Both the position numbers and the translations under genes were made by a program. Of a stretch of DNA of 40,084 bases, positions 1 to 9,441 are shown piece after piece; the first letter of the stretch is position 1, and the number at the start of each line of letters is the position of its first letter. This DNA comes from a virus (lineage: Duplodnaviria; Caudoviricetes): positions 1-40,084 of the IMG/VR virus record IMGVR_UViG_3300020045_003004, one strand, 5' to 3'. The notes below the pieces were generated by a model, which was not told where the DNA came from, made no database searches, and saw only the letters and a list, made by a program, of their open reading frames with translations.

Positions 1-121
1 TCGGTGACTTCAAGAGTTTGTATCCGAGTGCTATTAAGAGTTTCAATTTGAGTAAGGAGAAGATAAGAGACGAGCCTAGCGATACAACAATAACAGTTGG
101 TGGTGTACATTACGATATGGA
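1..121 (+). repeat. 121-bp exact copy of polB internal segment 3292-3412
   Basis: tcggtgacttcaagag...tacgatatgga is identical at 1-121 and 3292-3412 and diverges immediately afterwards. Confidence 0.95.
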
Positions 122-528
122 ATAAAACCCCAAAAGCTAAGATATATCTACGACAGTATCAACATCGATATAGACAGGTAGAATCAGAGCGTGTAAAATT
201 TTTAGCAGAAAAATATAGAAAGTCAGAAAAGGGAAAAGCAACCTGGAGAAGAGGCCGTCAAAGGTACTCTAAAACAGAACAAGGCAAGATTGCTGCACGT
301 AGAAAAGATGCAAAAAGACGAAGCCTTAAGTTTATTATACTGTTGAATAATCCTTTTCCTGAAGAAGTTAAAGTAGATTGGCACCATATAAACGACCTTT
401 TTGTTATACCTGTACCAAAGAGGTTACATAATTTTTATTCAAGTAATTATAGAGAAAAACACAGAAGTTTAATTATGAAAAAGATTAAAAAGTTTAATTT
501 ATTAAAAGGACTGGAGGAAGTAATATGA
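97..528 (+). CDS. HNH-like endonuclease, true 5' end probably missing
   Basis: Basic repeats (KYRKSEKGKA, RYSKTEQGKI) followed by DWHHINDLFVIPVPKRLH, resembling a beta-beta-alpha-Me motif. The first 8 codons come from the duplicated polB segment. Confidence 0.5.
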   Translation: MVVYITIWNKTPKAKIYLRQYQHRYRQVESERVKFLAEKYRKSEKGKATWRRGRQRYSKTEQGKIAARRKDAKRRSLKFIILLNNPFPEEVKVDWHHINDLFVIPVPKRLHNFYSSNYREKHRSLIMKKIKKFNLLKGLEEVI

Positions 529-863
529 AAGGTTTCATTTATGCAACAACGAAATTCGAAGCATTCCATAAATATGTGGATGCTCCTGAACAAGTAAACT
601 TTTTAAGAACTTTACACCGACATTTATTTGGTGTTAAGGTTTGGATAGAAGTATTTCATAACGACAGGGACATTGAATTTTTAATCTTCAAACAAGAGAT
701 TAACGATTTAATAAATGATTTAGTAAGCGAAGATAAAGTAGTTGGTAGCTGTGAAATGGTTAGCGATTACTTATATCATCAAATAAGAATTAAGTACCCA
801 AACAGGGAGATAAGAATTGAGGTGAACGAAGACGATGAGAACGGAAGTTACAGAGAATATTGA
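525..863 (+). CDS. QueD-like T-fold protein, DpdL-like (putative 7-carboxy-7-deazaguanine decarboxylase)
   Basis: FEAFH...LRTLHRHLF (LxxxHRHxF), HNDRDIEF, SCEM, C-terminal EVNEDDENG; SD GGAGG upstream. Confidence 0.7.
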   Translation: MKGFIYATTKFEAFHKYVDAPEQVNFLRTLHRHLFGVKVWIEVFHNDRDIEFLIFKQEINDLINDLVSEDKVVGSCEMVSDYLYHQIRIKYPNREIRIEVNEDDENGSYREY

Positions 864-867
864 ATTA

Positions 868-1119
868 ATGGCCGAACAACTTGAAGAAGATATGTCTACT
901 GAAGCAGACAAATGTATTGCATTGGCGGTGTCAAGATGTAAACGATATGGTCGAAGTGTTGAGATTGTTAAAGATAATACATTGATAGATTTAGTGCTGA
1001 TGAAACTAATACGAACAAGAGAAATACCAGATAACGACCCGAAAAGACTTGATGAAGTCAAAGATTCTGTAAATTATTTACTATTTTTACTAATGCGAGG
1101 TGCTAAGAAAAATGATTAA
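868..1119 (+). CDS. DUF1599/Nmad1-like all-alpha nucleotide-modification-associated protein (MazG-like)
   Basis: RYGRS...LMKLIR...DEVKDSVNY pattern; ATG at 868 follows the stop of the previous gene. Confidence 0.5.
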   Translation: MAEQLEEDMSTEADKCIALAVSRCKRYGRSVEIVKDNTLIDLVLMKLIRTREIPDNDPKRLDEVKDSVNYLLFLLMRGAKKND

Positions 1120-1312
1120 AGAAATTTCAGTTGAAGTCAAGAAGAGTTACAATTTCCAAACTTACGGAGCATCTGAAGTCTTGTCTGTAGATTTAGACCC
1201 AAGAAAGCCTGAAGATAAAGAGCTACTTGATGATATAAAGACAGCAGCTTATAACAGATGCAGAATATCTGTTATGGAGCAGATAAAAGCAGATAAAGAG
1301 GTGAAGGTATGA
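1100..1312 (+). CDS. Hypothetical protein
   Basis: ORF overlapping both neighbours; likely start ATG 1112 after GAGGTG. Confidence 0.55.
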   Translation: MLRKMIKEISVEVKKSYNFQTYGASEVLSVDLDPRKPEDKELLDDIKTAAYNRCRISVMEQIKADKEVKV

Positions 1313-2088
1313 AACTTGTTAATATTCCAGGACAAAGATACTTAAACTTTTACGAAGATTATTCAGACTACGCTTTTTGCTTGGCACATCTAGTCATTCA
1401 AGATGAAGCTTATGCAAAATGGTTTAGAGAATATAATGGTCCAACAATCATTGACAATGGAGCAGCAGAGCTTGGTAAAAGTATCGACATCAAGAAGTTC
1501 GTTGAGATAGTTAGAGACATACGAGGAGATAAAAAGTTTTTTGAAGTGTGGTGCCCCGATGACTTATACGACATGCAGAAGAGTCTTGATATGACAAGAG
1601 AGTTCATTGACTTATTAACCGACGAGGAGCAAAGAAACCTTAGCTTAGTTGGAATACCGCAAGGTAAAACACACGCTGAGTGGATGAATGCTTATAGAGA
1701 ATTAACAAGCGATTTAGCAATTAAAGTCATTGCATTATCAAAATATAGTGTACCGCAGTGTTTTAAAGAAGTTACTGGAACAGATGATTTAGCAACTAAT
1801 AGGAGAGAGTGTGTTAGGCAACTAATAGCTATGAAAACAACAATTCCTCTACACTTCGCTGGTGCTGACAACAACATCTTAAAGGAGATTTATTTTGGTA
1901 AGTTAAACCCTATAGTTCGAAGTATCGATAGCAACATTGCTTTCAAGATGGGTATTGGTGCATTAGATGTTAGGTTTGATAATGAACCAAAAGCTCGCTT
2001 AAATCATGATGTTATCATCGATAATGTAAAAGGATATTTTGTTAAGCATAACATGATGATATTATTAGAAGCTAGAGGGTTTAAATAA
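1309..2088 (+). CDS. TGT/DpdA-like TIM-barrel guanine transglycosylase
   Basis: IIDNGA, WCPDD, VGIPQG, PLHFAG, RSIDSN match the tRNA-guanine transglycosylase motif order (DSG, D, QG, H-LG, DS); SD GAGGTGA. Confidence 0.65.
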   Translation: MKLVNIPGQRYLNFYEDYSDYAFCLAHLVIQDEAYAKWFREYNGPTIIDNGAAELGKSIDIKKFVEIVRDIRGDKKFFEVWCPDDLYDMQKSLDMTREFIDLLTDEEQRNLSLVGIPQGKTHAEWMNAYRELTSDLAIKVIALSKYSVPQCFKEVTGTDDLATNRRECVRQLIAMKTTIPLHFAGADNNILKEIYFGKLNPIVRSIDSNIAFKMGIGALDVRFDNEPKARLNHDVIIDNVKGYFVKHNMMILLEARGFK

Positions 2089-4451
2089 TGATAACCAAAG
2101 GTCTCTACCAAACCCAATACAGAAGTATTGATGGGAAATCAACTATCTTGTTATTCAAAAGGAATGAAGATGGAACAAAAACTGTAGATAGAGTTACAGA
2201 TTTTGAACCATACTTCTATATCGAGCAAGATTACATGGAGGCTATCAAGGGAAAGTTAATGTCACCGGATGTTACAGTTCACAAGACCGTGTTTGGTAAG
2301 AATGCTTTAAAGGTTACAACACGTAGCCCTTATGATATATACCAGATTAAGAAAGAAGTCGACTACACAAGAATCTACGAAGCTGACATCCCTTACGATT
2401 TAAGATATATGATTGATGTCGTGGAGACTAATGAACCAACAAAGTATAAGGTGTTAACATTTGATATTGAGACCGATTGCAGCAGTGGTTTTCCAAAGAA
2501 GGAGAACCCAATTGAGCCAATCATCTGTATCACGATGCATGATAACTACTCCGATGAGGAACACACTTATGTTTGGCGCAGCGATTTAGAAAGTAGTACC
2601 AAAAGTAGTAGCAAACACATCATCCATTATTTTAATGATGAGAAGACGATGCTTCGTTTGTTTCTTATTCAATGGCAGAATACAGACCCAGACATCGTCA
2701 CTGCTTGGAACTTGGGGTTTGACATTGGTTACTTAATCGCTCGTATGGAGTATTTAGGGTTATCAACAAAGAGGTTGAGTTGTGTTACAGATAATATTTA
2801 CCGGGGGGTCGTTAATATTTTACCAAGGGGCGATATAGAGATTGTTGGGCTAGTACTCTTTGATGCGTTAACAGCTTATAAGAAGATGCACTTTGGTGAG
2901 TTATCTTCTTATAGCCTTAACAGCATTGCAGCCGATGAACTTGGCGAACAAAAAGAAGGTGTACATAATACAGGACAAGTTTGGAGAGAAGACATTGATG
3001 CATTAATCAGTTACAACAGGAAAGACGTTGAACTGGTTGTTAAGATTGTTAACAAGACAAAACTTATCTCCATATTTGAGGACATTAAAAACTTCGCTGG
3101 TGTCAGGAACCTAAACGATTGCTTTTCAGCGTCAAGGATTCATGAGACCAAGATTATGAAGAAGTATAAAGGTAAATGCGTGTTCCCAACCAAGCCTCCT
3201 TTTAAAGAGTTTGATGAGGATGACGAGAGAGAAGAGATTGAGGGAGCTACTGTACTTGCTCCAACTCCAGGTTTATACAATAATGTTATCGTCGGTGACT
3301 TCAAGAGTTTGTATCCGAGTGCTATTAAGAGTTTCAATTTGAGTAAGGAGAAGATAAGAGACGAGCCTAGCGATACAACAATAACAGTTGGTGGTGTACA
3401 TTACGATATGGATAGTGTTGGAATCATGCCATCGATGATTGAGGAGTTAACAAATCTAAAAGATGAGATGAAGATTAAAGTTGCAGGTACTGGTCAAGAT
3501 ATCAGTGACAAGATGTTTGCAATAAAGACATTCATCAACAGTTTTTATGGTATTAACTTGTTACGTTCATTCAGACTCTTTGATATAAGAGTTGGCTCCA
3601 CCATTACTTACATTGGTAGGTATTTCCACGAAAAATGTGTAAGTTATGTACATGCCAATTACCCACATGCAAAGGTAGTTTATGGAGACACTGACAGTAT
3701 TTTCATCCAGTTGCAAGGTTTCGACACAAATGAAGAAGTTGTAGAAGAAGGCAGAACGATTATAAAAGCCTTAAATAACGAAGTTCAGCGGGTTTTAAAT
3801 GAAGATTTCCACATTAGGAGTAACAATATGAAGATTGAGTTTGAAAAGGTGTTTAAAACGGTTATTTTGTTCAAGAAGAAGCGTTACGCTGGTAACATCA
3901 TTTACGAAGATGAGTTTGTTGATAAGATAAAAATAGCTGGTGTTGCTGCTCGACGTTCTGATACTTCAAGGATTTCAAAGAAGATGCAGAAAGAGTTGAT
4001 AACAATGATACTACGAGGCGCGCATAAGGGTGAAGCAACTGATTATGTATTGATGGTTGCTAATGATATGGTTAATCGTAAGATACCACTTGAAGATGTT
4101 GCTATCCCAATCAAGTACAACGAGGACCCTTCAACCTATGCTATACAGAATACACCTAAGATTCGTGCTGCAAAACATAAGAGGGAGACAACAGGAGTAA
4201 GTGTAGGTGCCGGTCAAAAGGTTTTGATGTTGTATGTTAAGCATCCAAACACAAGTGTTATATGTTTTGAAGACATACAAGAAGTTAATGGGTACGAAGT
4301 TGACTATCAACAAATGATTGATAAGAACATACTACAAAAGATTAAGTCAGTTTATACAACACTTGGTTGGAATGATTATTATTACAAGATAGAGATTGCT
4401 TGTAATATGTTATGTACAAAACAAAAATCGTTATTAAATACGTGGATGTGA
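2088..4451 (+). CDS. polB: Family B DNA polymerase, archaeal type, with proofreading exonuclease
   Basis: FEPYFY and YEADIPY N-terminal domain; ExoI DIETD, ExoII WNLGFD, ExoIII YNRKD; motif A DFKSLYPS, B KTFINSFYG, C YGDTDS; KKRYAG; PIP-box-like C-terminus QKSLLNTWM. Confidence 0.97.
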   Translation: MITKGLYQTQYRSIDGKSTILLFKRNEDGTKTVDRVTDFEPYFYIEQDYMEAIKGKLMSPDVTVHKTVFGKNALKVTTRSPYDIYQIKKEVDYTRIYEADIPYDLRYMIDVVETNEPTKYKVLTFDIETDCSSGFPKKENPIEPIICITMHDNYSDEEHTYVWRSDLESSTKSSSKHIIHYFNDEKTMLRLFLIQWQNTDPDIVTAWNLGFDIGYLIARMEYLGLSTKRLSCVTDNIYRGVVNILPRGDIEIVGLVLFDALTAYKKMHFGELSSYSLNSIAADELGEQKEGVHNTGQVWREDIDALISYNRKDVELVVKIVNKTKLISIFEDIKNFAGVRNLNDCFSASRIHETKIMKKYKGKCVFPTKPPFKEFDEDDEREEIEGATVLAPTPGLYNNVIVGDFKSLYPSAIKSFNLSKEKIRDEPSDTTITVGGVHYDMDSVGIMPSMIEELTNLKDEMKIKVAGTGQDISDKMFAIKTFINSFYGINLLRSFRLFDIRVGSTITYIGRYFHEKCVSYVHANYPHAKVVYGDTDSIFIQLQGFDTNEEVVEEGRTIIKALNNEVQRVLNEDFHIRSNNMKIEFEKVFKTVILFKKKRYAGNIIYEDEFVDKIKIAGVAARRSDTSRISKKMQKELITMILRGAHKGEATDYVLMVANDMVNRKIPLEDVAIPIKYNEDPSTYAIQNTPKIRAAKHKRETTGVSVGAGQKVLMLYVKHPNTSVICFEDIQEVNGYEVDYQQMIDKNILQKIKSVYTTLGWNDYYYKIEIACNMLCTKQKSLLNTWM

Positions 4452-4535
4452 AAAAGATGGTAGATGAAGTTTTAAGATGTCCACACTCAACAGAAAGATT
4501 AAGTATTTGTTTAAATTGTATGGGGTATTATTAAA

Positions 4536-4724
4536 ATGAAAAAAGCAATTCACTGGATTATAAACACATTTAAAGGCTACAAAATATGTATAGCAACACT
4601 ACGACACATTTATACTATCGAGTATAGGTTTATGAGAGAACCGATTGTAACTTGTTTAAAAAATGACGACCAACTAAAAGGACAAGTGTTTACACACGTT
4701 GTAGTCGATGAGGTGGGAAAATGA
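4536..4724 (+). CDS. Hypothetical protein
   Basis: ORF coupled by ATGA overlap to the next gene. Confidence 0.5.
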   Translation: MKKAIHWIINTFKGYKICIATLRHIYTIEYRFMREPIVTCLKNDDQLKGQVFTHVVVDEVGK

Positions 4725-5146
4725 AAGGAATGACGACACGAGAACTTTTACAATACATCTCAAATATCGATGCAGACTCTTGGCAGATTTATGAATCTGT
4801 TGTTTGGTTTAAGAAAGAAGACATAATAAAAGAATTAGATAACATTATGAAAGAATTTTGTGAAATATCTACTGAGAGTTGTAAAGAAAGTGTTGCATTA
4901 TGTGACAAATGCGATATTATTGAATTAATAATTGAAAGAATTGATAGTCCTCCTGATGATGAACGCGATTGTAACGTTACTAAATCATCATCAGTCCTTA
5001 AAAAAGAAACAGGAGAAAATAACAAACAGGGGAAATGCGAAAGCAAAGTAGACGGTCCTGCTCTTGTTGAGGACAATTATATTAAAAGCTACGAAGTGAA
5101 TATAGTAAGACCAGATATATTGAAATGGAATGAGAGGAGTGTTTAA
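4721..5146 (+). CDS. Hypothetical Cys-containing protein
   Basis: SD GAGGTG; CDKC motif. Confidence 0.55.
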   Translation: MKGMTTRELLQYISNIDADSWQIYESVVWFKKEDIIKELDNIMKEFCEISTESCKESVALCDKCDIIELIIERIDSPPDDERDCNVTKSSSVLKKETGENNKQGKCESKVDGPALVEDNYIKSYEVNIVRPDILKWNERSV

Positions 5147-5147
5147 A

Positions 5148-5366
5148 ATGTGTCATTATTGTAATCAGCATAAAAAATTAATGAAAGCTTATTATAAGAT
5201 ATGTATTCCTTGGTATGAAGTTAATTATATTTCAGGAATAACATTCACTCAAACAGTTATATTAATGGCTAGAATGTTAGAACAAGGAATCTATTTTGAT
5301 AGTACACAGTTTACTCTTTCAGAAATTGAAAGCATCTTATATAGTTTTAATGAGGCAACAAAATGA
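5148..5366 (+). CDS. Hypothetical protein with N-terminal CHYC
   Basis: ATG 5148 preceded by GAGGAG; in frame with track ORF 5130-5366. Confidence 0.5.
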   Translation: MCHYCNQHKKLMKAYYKICIPWYEVNYISGITFTQTVILMARMLEQGIYFDSTQFTLSEIESILYSFNEATK

Positions 5367-5506
5367 TTTGGTCTGAACAATGCAACAACCCAAAAGACGG
5401 TTACACAATACAGAGTGATGGCTCTATGAAGATGAACGCACCACTAGGAAATTACGTTTATAGTTATGATGAGGCTGTTGCTAATGCGTGGTGGAACAAA
5501 CAATGA
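5363..5506 (+). CDS. Small hypothetical protein, 47 aa (not in track)
   Basis: MIWSEQCNNPKDG...WWNKQ*; ATGA overlaps at both ends. Confidence 0.5.
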   Translation: MIWSEQCNNPKDGYTIQSDGSMKMNAPLGNYVYSYDEAVANAWWNKQ

Positions 5507-5631
5507 TAGTTAAAGACAGTGTAATAAGAGAATGTAGACATTGTCTTACTGCAGTATGGTTGTTTGAAAAGGATAATAAACCTTTTGAAAGGTTTGTTTG
5601 TTATGATTGTATAAAGATGGGGAGGTTTTAG
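5503..5631 (+). CDS. Small Zn-finger protein, 42 aa (not in track)
   Basis: MIVKDSVIRECRHC...FVCYDCIKMGRF*; two CxxC. Confidence 0.55.
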   Translation: MIVKDSVIRECRHCLTAVWLFEKDNKPFERFVCYDCIKMGRF

Positions 5632-5632
5632 C

Positions 5633-5863
5633 ATGGTGGAAGAAATGAGTTTTGAAGAACAATTCCCAGAGCTTATAGAGATTAACAGATTAAGTCTGGC
5701 AGAAGGAAGTGGCATTATTCCAGAAGAGGATTTGCAAAAATATTGTCTCTCTAAACAAAGAGTAAAGGACTTGATAGAAGATGTGCAACTTAACAATGCT
5801 TGTTTATCATCTACAGAAGTTACAGATTTATTAATTAAACTGAAAAAGGAGTTGGGATTATGA
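5633..5863 (+). CDS. Hypothetical protein
   Basis: SD GGAGG; coupled to neighbours. Confidence 0.6.
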   Translation: MVEEMSFEEQFPELIEINRLSLAEGSGIIPEEDLQKYCLSKQRVKDLIEDVQLNNACLSSTEVTDLLIKLKKELGL

Positions 5864-6012
5864 CTAAAGAAACAAGAGTGGGTTACATGATAACAAGCAT
5901 ACTTGAAGACATGGTAAAGGACTACATAACAGCACACATAATTAAAGGAATTTATACAGGAGAGTTTAAATATTTACAAGATTATCAAAGGTTGAGAGAG
6001 TATAACAAATGA
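5860..6012 (+). CDS. Small hypothetical protein, 50 aa (not in track)
   Basis: MTKETRVGYM...REYNK*; ATGA overlaps fill the gap exactly. Confidence 0.5.
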   Translation: MTKETRVGYMITSILEDMVKDYITAHIIKGIYTGEFKYLQDYQRLREYNK

Positions 6013-6431
6013 TTATCGTCGACACTAGAGAGAAGTATCCTTTATGGACTGAGAACATAATCAAGAAGAAACTTGATGTTGGTGATTATTCATTGGAGGG
6101 GTTTGAAGACCAAATATGTATTGAAAGAAAGAGCGGTGCTGATTTACTACAAACACTCGGGCGAGAACACGCAAGGTTTAAAAGAGAGATAGCGAGGGCA
6201 ATGAAGCTCAAATACTTTGCGATAGTAGTTGAAGAGCCGATGATAAGTGTCTACTATAACCTACACGTCAACGGGGACCAATCATACATGAAAGGAACGA
6301 CTGCAATCAAGATATTATTCACCATCCACCACAAATATAAGATACCAGTTTATTTCTGTCAGAACAGGGAAGAGACGAAGATACTCATCAAGACCCTCTT
6401 TGACCAATATGTAATCAATGCTTCTAAGTAA
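6009..6431 (+). CDS. ERCC4/XPF-domain nuclease
   Basis: IIVDTRE, LDVGDY, CIERKS, IVVEE: the ERCC4 GDxnERKx3D signature. Confidence 0.9.
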   Translation: MIIVDTREKYPLWTENIIKKKLDVGDYSLEGFEDQICIERKSGADLLQTLGREHARFKREIARAMKLKYFAIVVEEPMISVYYNLHVNGDQSYMKGTTAIKILFTIHHKYKIPVYFCQNREETKILIKTLFDQYVINASK

Positions 6432-6480
6432 TGTATATTAAAGTATATATATAATAACATGTACATTATATACTATATAA

Positions 6481-6496
6481 TGAAAAAGTTTATAAA
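6481..6496 (+). promoter_or_regulatory. BRE/TATA promoter for the packaging genes
   Basis: GAAAAAG followed by TTTATAAA (6489-6496) in an AT-rich intergenic region upstream of 6552. Confidence 0.6.
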
Positions 6497-6551
6497 CTAA
6501 AGAAATAATAAATCGCATAAAAGTGTGTGAGATTAAAAGAGATTTATAAAA

Positions 6552-6965
6552 ATGGCTAAAGAAGATTTGATACCGTTTAATACAATGTCGAAAGACAAAC
6601 ATTTAGCATTATCAAAACGTGGTGGTAAGGTGAGAAGCCTAGCTAAAAGCGAAGGTGCAAAACTGCGTTGTATCAAGGAGAGAATACAAAAACAAATTGC
6701 TAATTCTAAAGATGTTGATTGGTTACTACAAAAACTTAACGACCGACCAAGTATGGCTGCAGAACTTCTTTTAACAATTGAGAAGATGAAACAAGATGGA
6801 GTCCACCCTGCACAAAAGATTGCTCTTGGTAACTTAGAACAGGGGGCAGCAAAGTTTATTCACGGCGACAGGATTAAAACAGAGAATGTCAATATTAATA
6901 TCAACACAGGGTTTGAAGAATGGGAGAAAAGAATTTCTAACTTATTAGATGAGGATGAGGACTAA
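6552..6965 (+). CDS. Probable terminase small subunit
   Basis: EDLIPF...SKRGGK N-terminus, helical core, NVNININ tail; upstream of TerL. Confidence 0.6.
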   Translation: MAKEDLIPFNTMSKDKHLALSKRGGKVRSLAKSEGAKLRCIKERIQKQIANSKDVDWLLQKLNDRPSMAAELLLTIEKMKQDGVHPAQKIALGNLEQGAAKFIHGDRIKTENVNININTGFEEWEKRISNLLDEDED

Positions 6966-7379
6966 ATGTATACTCAAGAAGACATGGATAAAGGTTGTGG
7001 TAGCCATTTAAAGATTTGCAAAGCTGAGTGTTGTAAGATGTATACTCTAGTTTTTCCTAAAGGGTTCAAGTTCCCAAGGATTGAGAAGAAGATGGCCATA
7101 AAGATTGATTTAGAAGGACAGCCCGACCGTATAAGATACTACGAACTCCATGGAGCAACATACAAGCGAGGTTTGTTGAAGATGAGAGTTGATGACTACT
7201 CTATTAAAAACAATATCTTAATTGTTAAAAATAGATGCGAAGGACTAACAGACGATTTAAAATGTAAATATCATGGTACTGACAAACAACCAATAATTTG
7301 TCATACACCAAACGCTAGAGAAAGCGTTGGGTTGGTTGGTGTTGAGGTGACTCCAAATTGCCTATACAAAAGGGACTAA
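6966..7379 (+). CDS. YkgJ-like Cys-cluster (Zn/Fe-S) protein
   Basis: CKAECCK...CEGLTDDLKCKYH...QPIIC pattern. Confidence 0.65.
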   Translation: MYTQEDMDKGCGSHLKICKAECCKMYTLVFPKGFKFPRIEKKMAIKIDLEGQPDRIRYYELHGATYKRGLLKMRVDDYSIKNNILIVKNRCEGLTDDLKCKYHGTDKQPIICHTPNARESVGLVGVEVTPNCLYKRD

Positions 7380-7582
7380 CACGGTTATGTGTTGATTGTA
7401 GACAGTTTAAAGAGTGCGCAACTATACGATGTAAAGAATGTGTTGTTATCAGACACCGTACACAAAACCAATTATATCAAAGACGTATTTGGAGAGAGGT
7501 TCAGATACGTAATGAGATGCTTCGAAGGATGAGACCTGAAGAACTTATAAAACTAGTTGAAGATAGCGAAGAGATAATATAA
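7358..7582 (+). CDS. Zn-finger protein
   Basis: CVDC...CKEC; SD GAGGTGA before a TTG start. Confidence 0.55.
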   Translation: MPIQKGLTRLCVDCRQFKECATIRCKECVVIRHRTQNQLYQRRIWREVQIRNEMLRRMRPEELIKLVEDSEEII

Positions 7583-7583
7583 A

Positions 7584-7763
7584 ATGAACAAGAGAGATTG
7601 GCAAAAGGCGTTTAGTTGGGAGATAATCAGTTTGATAATGACATTAAGTATCGGCAGCATGTTCTTAGACAAGGTAGAACTTACTATATTCACTTTGATG
7701 TTAACAGTTTTAAAGATTCCATTCCTAGCACTTCATAACAGTATGTGGAGGAATAAACGATGA
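7584..7763 (+). CDS. Small membrane protein, DUF2061-like, 59 aa (not in track)
   Basis: KAFSWEIISLIMT...VLKIPFLALHNSMW; two hydrophobic segments. Confidence 0.5.
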   Translation: MNKRDWQKAFSWEIISLIMTLSIGSMFLDKVELTIFTLMLTVLKIPFLALHNSMWRNKR

Positions 7764-9076
7764 TTGGTCGTGATAAGATTAGAGAGTATTTTCTTGGAAT
7801 GTTTAATTTTAAACCTAAAGATTATCAGTTAAATTACGCTGTTGATTGTCTCAATAATAACAATGTTGTTGCTGTTTTCTGTAGACAAAGCGGTAAGTCA
7901 AGAACTACATCTCCAATTGCAATAACTCTTTGTAGACGTAAGAAGATTGGCGACGTCTTAATCTTTGCTCCAACAGACAGACAAACTGGTTTGATTGCTG
8001 ATAAGATAAGAGTTGATGTTCACGCAATGCCTTACAGCACTGACTTCCACATCGTACGAGAGACACAAAGAGAGTTCAGGTTCTCTAATGGTCGTAGTAT
8101 CATTTGCGAGACTGTAGGAGATAGTGGAGAGAGTATTAGAGGATACACAGCAGGTGACATAATATTAGAAGAAGCAGGGAGCATAAAAGACTCTATCGTT
8201 CAAGAAGTTATTATGCCAATGGGAGCAACTACAAAAGCCAAGATGATAAAGATAGGAACTCCAAGAGGTAAGAACCATTTCTTCGAAGCAACAAAGAACC
8301 CAACATATAAGGTTCATTTATACGATTACACTCATCCAGTACGCGAGAACTTAATCACACAAACTTATATTGATGAGATGAAGAGAGTTACTCCCGATAT
8401 CATATTCAGGACTGAGTATGGTGCAGAGTTTATTGAGGATATGGACGCATTCTTTGGTTACGATTTGATAGAGAAGGGTCGCGACGAGAGTATTTATAAA
8501 CCTGAGACTACAAGGTTTTACTTGGGTGCAGATATTGCAAGACTTGGTCAGGATAGTACTTGTTTAATGATTATTAATGTTGATTTGCAGAATTGTGCTC
8601 ATGTTGTTGAGATTGTTGAGATGAACAAGACGACGTTGGATGTTGTTATTGAGAAGATTAAAGACTTGCACGCCAAGTATAACTTTCGAAGAATGTTCCT
8701 CGATGAGACCGGTCTTGGTGCAGGAGTTACCGACATGCTTGCTAAAGTTTACAATATGCCAAGAATACAACAAGGTGCTGCAATGACTGGGTTTCCTAAA
8801 CAGAAAGAGTTTGGCGACAAGATAGTTGGTGTAAGGTTCACAATGCAATCTAAACTCGATATGTTCTCTAATCTTAAGGTTTTGATGGAGAACTCTAAAG
8901 TTAAGTATCCGGGTCATCTTAAATTAATTGCTCAATTGAGAGATTTTAGATATGAGATTACCGAGAACCAAAGTGTTAAACTCCATCATAGCGAGTATGG
9001 ATTTGATGATTACGTTGATGCATTAGCGTTGGCATGTAAAGAAGTTAACACAAAAGCTGTTGGCTTCGCGTTTTAA
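7760..9076 (+). CDS. terL: Terminase large subunit
   Basis: Walker A CRQSGKS, IRG, Walker B IILEEA, GTPRGKNHF, nuclease GADIA, DETGLG, DDYVDALAL. Confidence 0.95.
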   Translation: MIGRDKIREYFLGMFNFKPKDYQLNYAVDCLNNNNVVAVFCRQSGKSRTTSPIAITLCRRKKIGDVLIFAPTDRQTGLIADKIRVDVHAMPYSTDFHIVRETQREFRFSNGRSIICETVGDSGESIRGYTAGDIILEEAGSIKDSIVQEVIMPMGATTKAKMIKIGTPRGKNHFFEATKNPTYKVHLYDYTHPVRENLITQTYIDEMKRVTPDIIFRTEYGAEFIEDMDAFFGYDLIEKGRDESIYKPETTRFYLGADIARLGQDSTCLMIINVDLQNCAHVVEIVEMNKTTLDVVIEKIKDLHAKYNFRRMFLDETGLGAGVTDMLAKVYNMPRIQQGAAMTGFPKQKEFGDKIVGVRFTMQSKLDMFSNLKVLMENSKVKYPGHLKLIAQLRDFRYEITENQSVKLHHSEYGFDDYVDALALACKEVNTKAVGFAF

Positions 9077-9090
9077 GAGGATTGATATAT

Positions 9091-9204
9091 ATGGATTGTT
9101 GTCCTGAATGTAGTGGTGAAATGAAGAGGTTTGAGAAGAACCGTAAGAGTTACAAGTTTCCGCATTTGAGATGTGTGGATTGTAATTTAGTTATTGATGT
9201 GTAA
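9091..9204 (+). CDS. Small Zn-ribbon protein, 37 aa (not in track)
   Basis: CPEC...CVDC; SD GAGG. Confidence 0.55.
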   Translation: MDCCPECSGEMKRFEKNRKSYKFPHLRCVDCNLVIDV

Positions 9205-9222
9205 TGTGTGTGAGGTTGAAGT

Positions 9223-9441
9223 TTGAGAGAGACGTATCAGATATACGACTGTGGCTGTGTACCTAGTAGGCCAAAAGAACCTACTTGTAAAAGCTACGGT
9301 ACTAGGTGGAGAGTTTACATAACTGTTAAACAATTCCTATTAAGATGCAGGGATTGTGGACGCATTCATAGCTTCGACCTTAACAAACCAGGAGTGCAAA
9401 ATATTAGATATACAAATACGAACGAGGATGATGAAGAATGA
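9223..9441 (+). CDS. Zn-binding hypothetical protein
   Basis: DCGC...CRDCG. Confidence 0.5.
   Translation: MRETYQIYDCGCVPSRPKEPTCKSYGTRWRVYITVKQFLLRCRDCGRIHSFDLNKPGVQNIRYTNTNEDDEE

Noticed and set aside
4457-4534. 25-aa ORF MVDEVLRCPH...CLNCMGYY after polB
   Set aside because: It fills the gap and has Cys residues but is too short to support without homologs.
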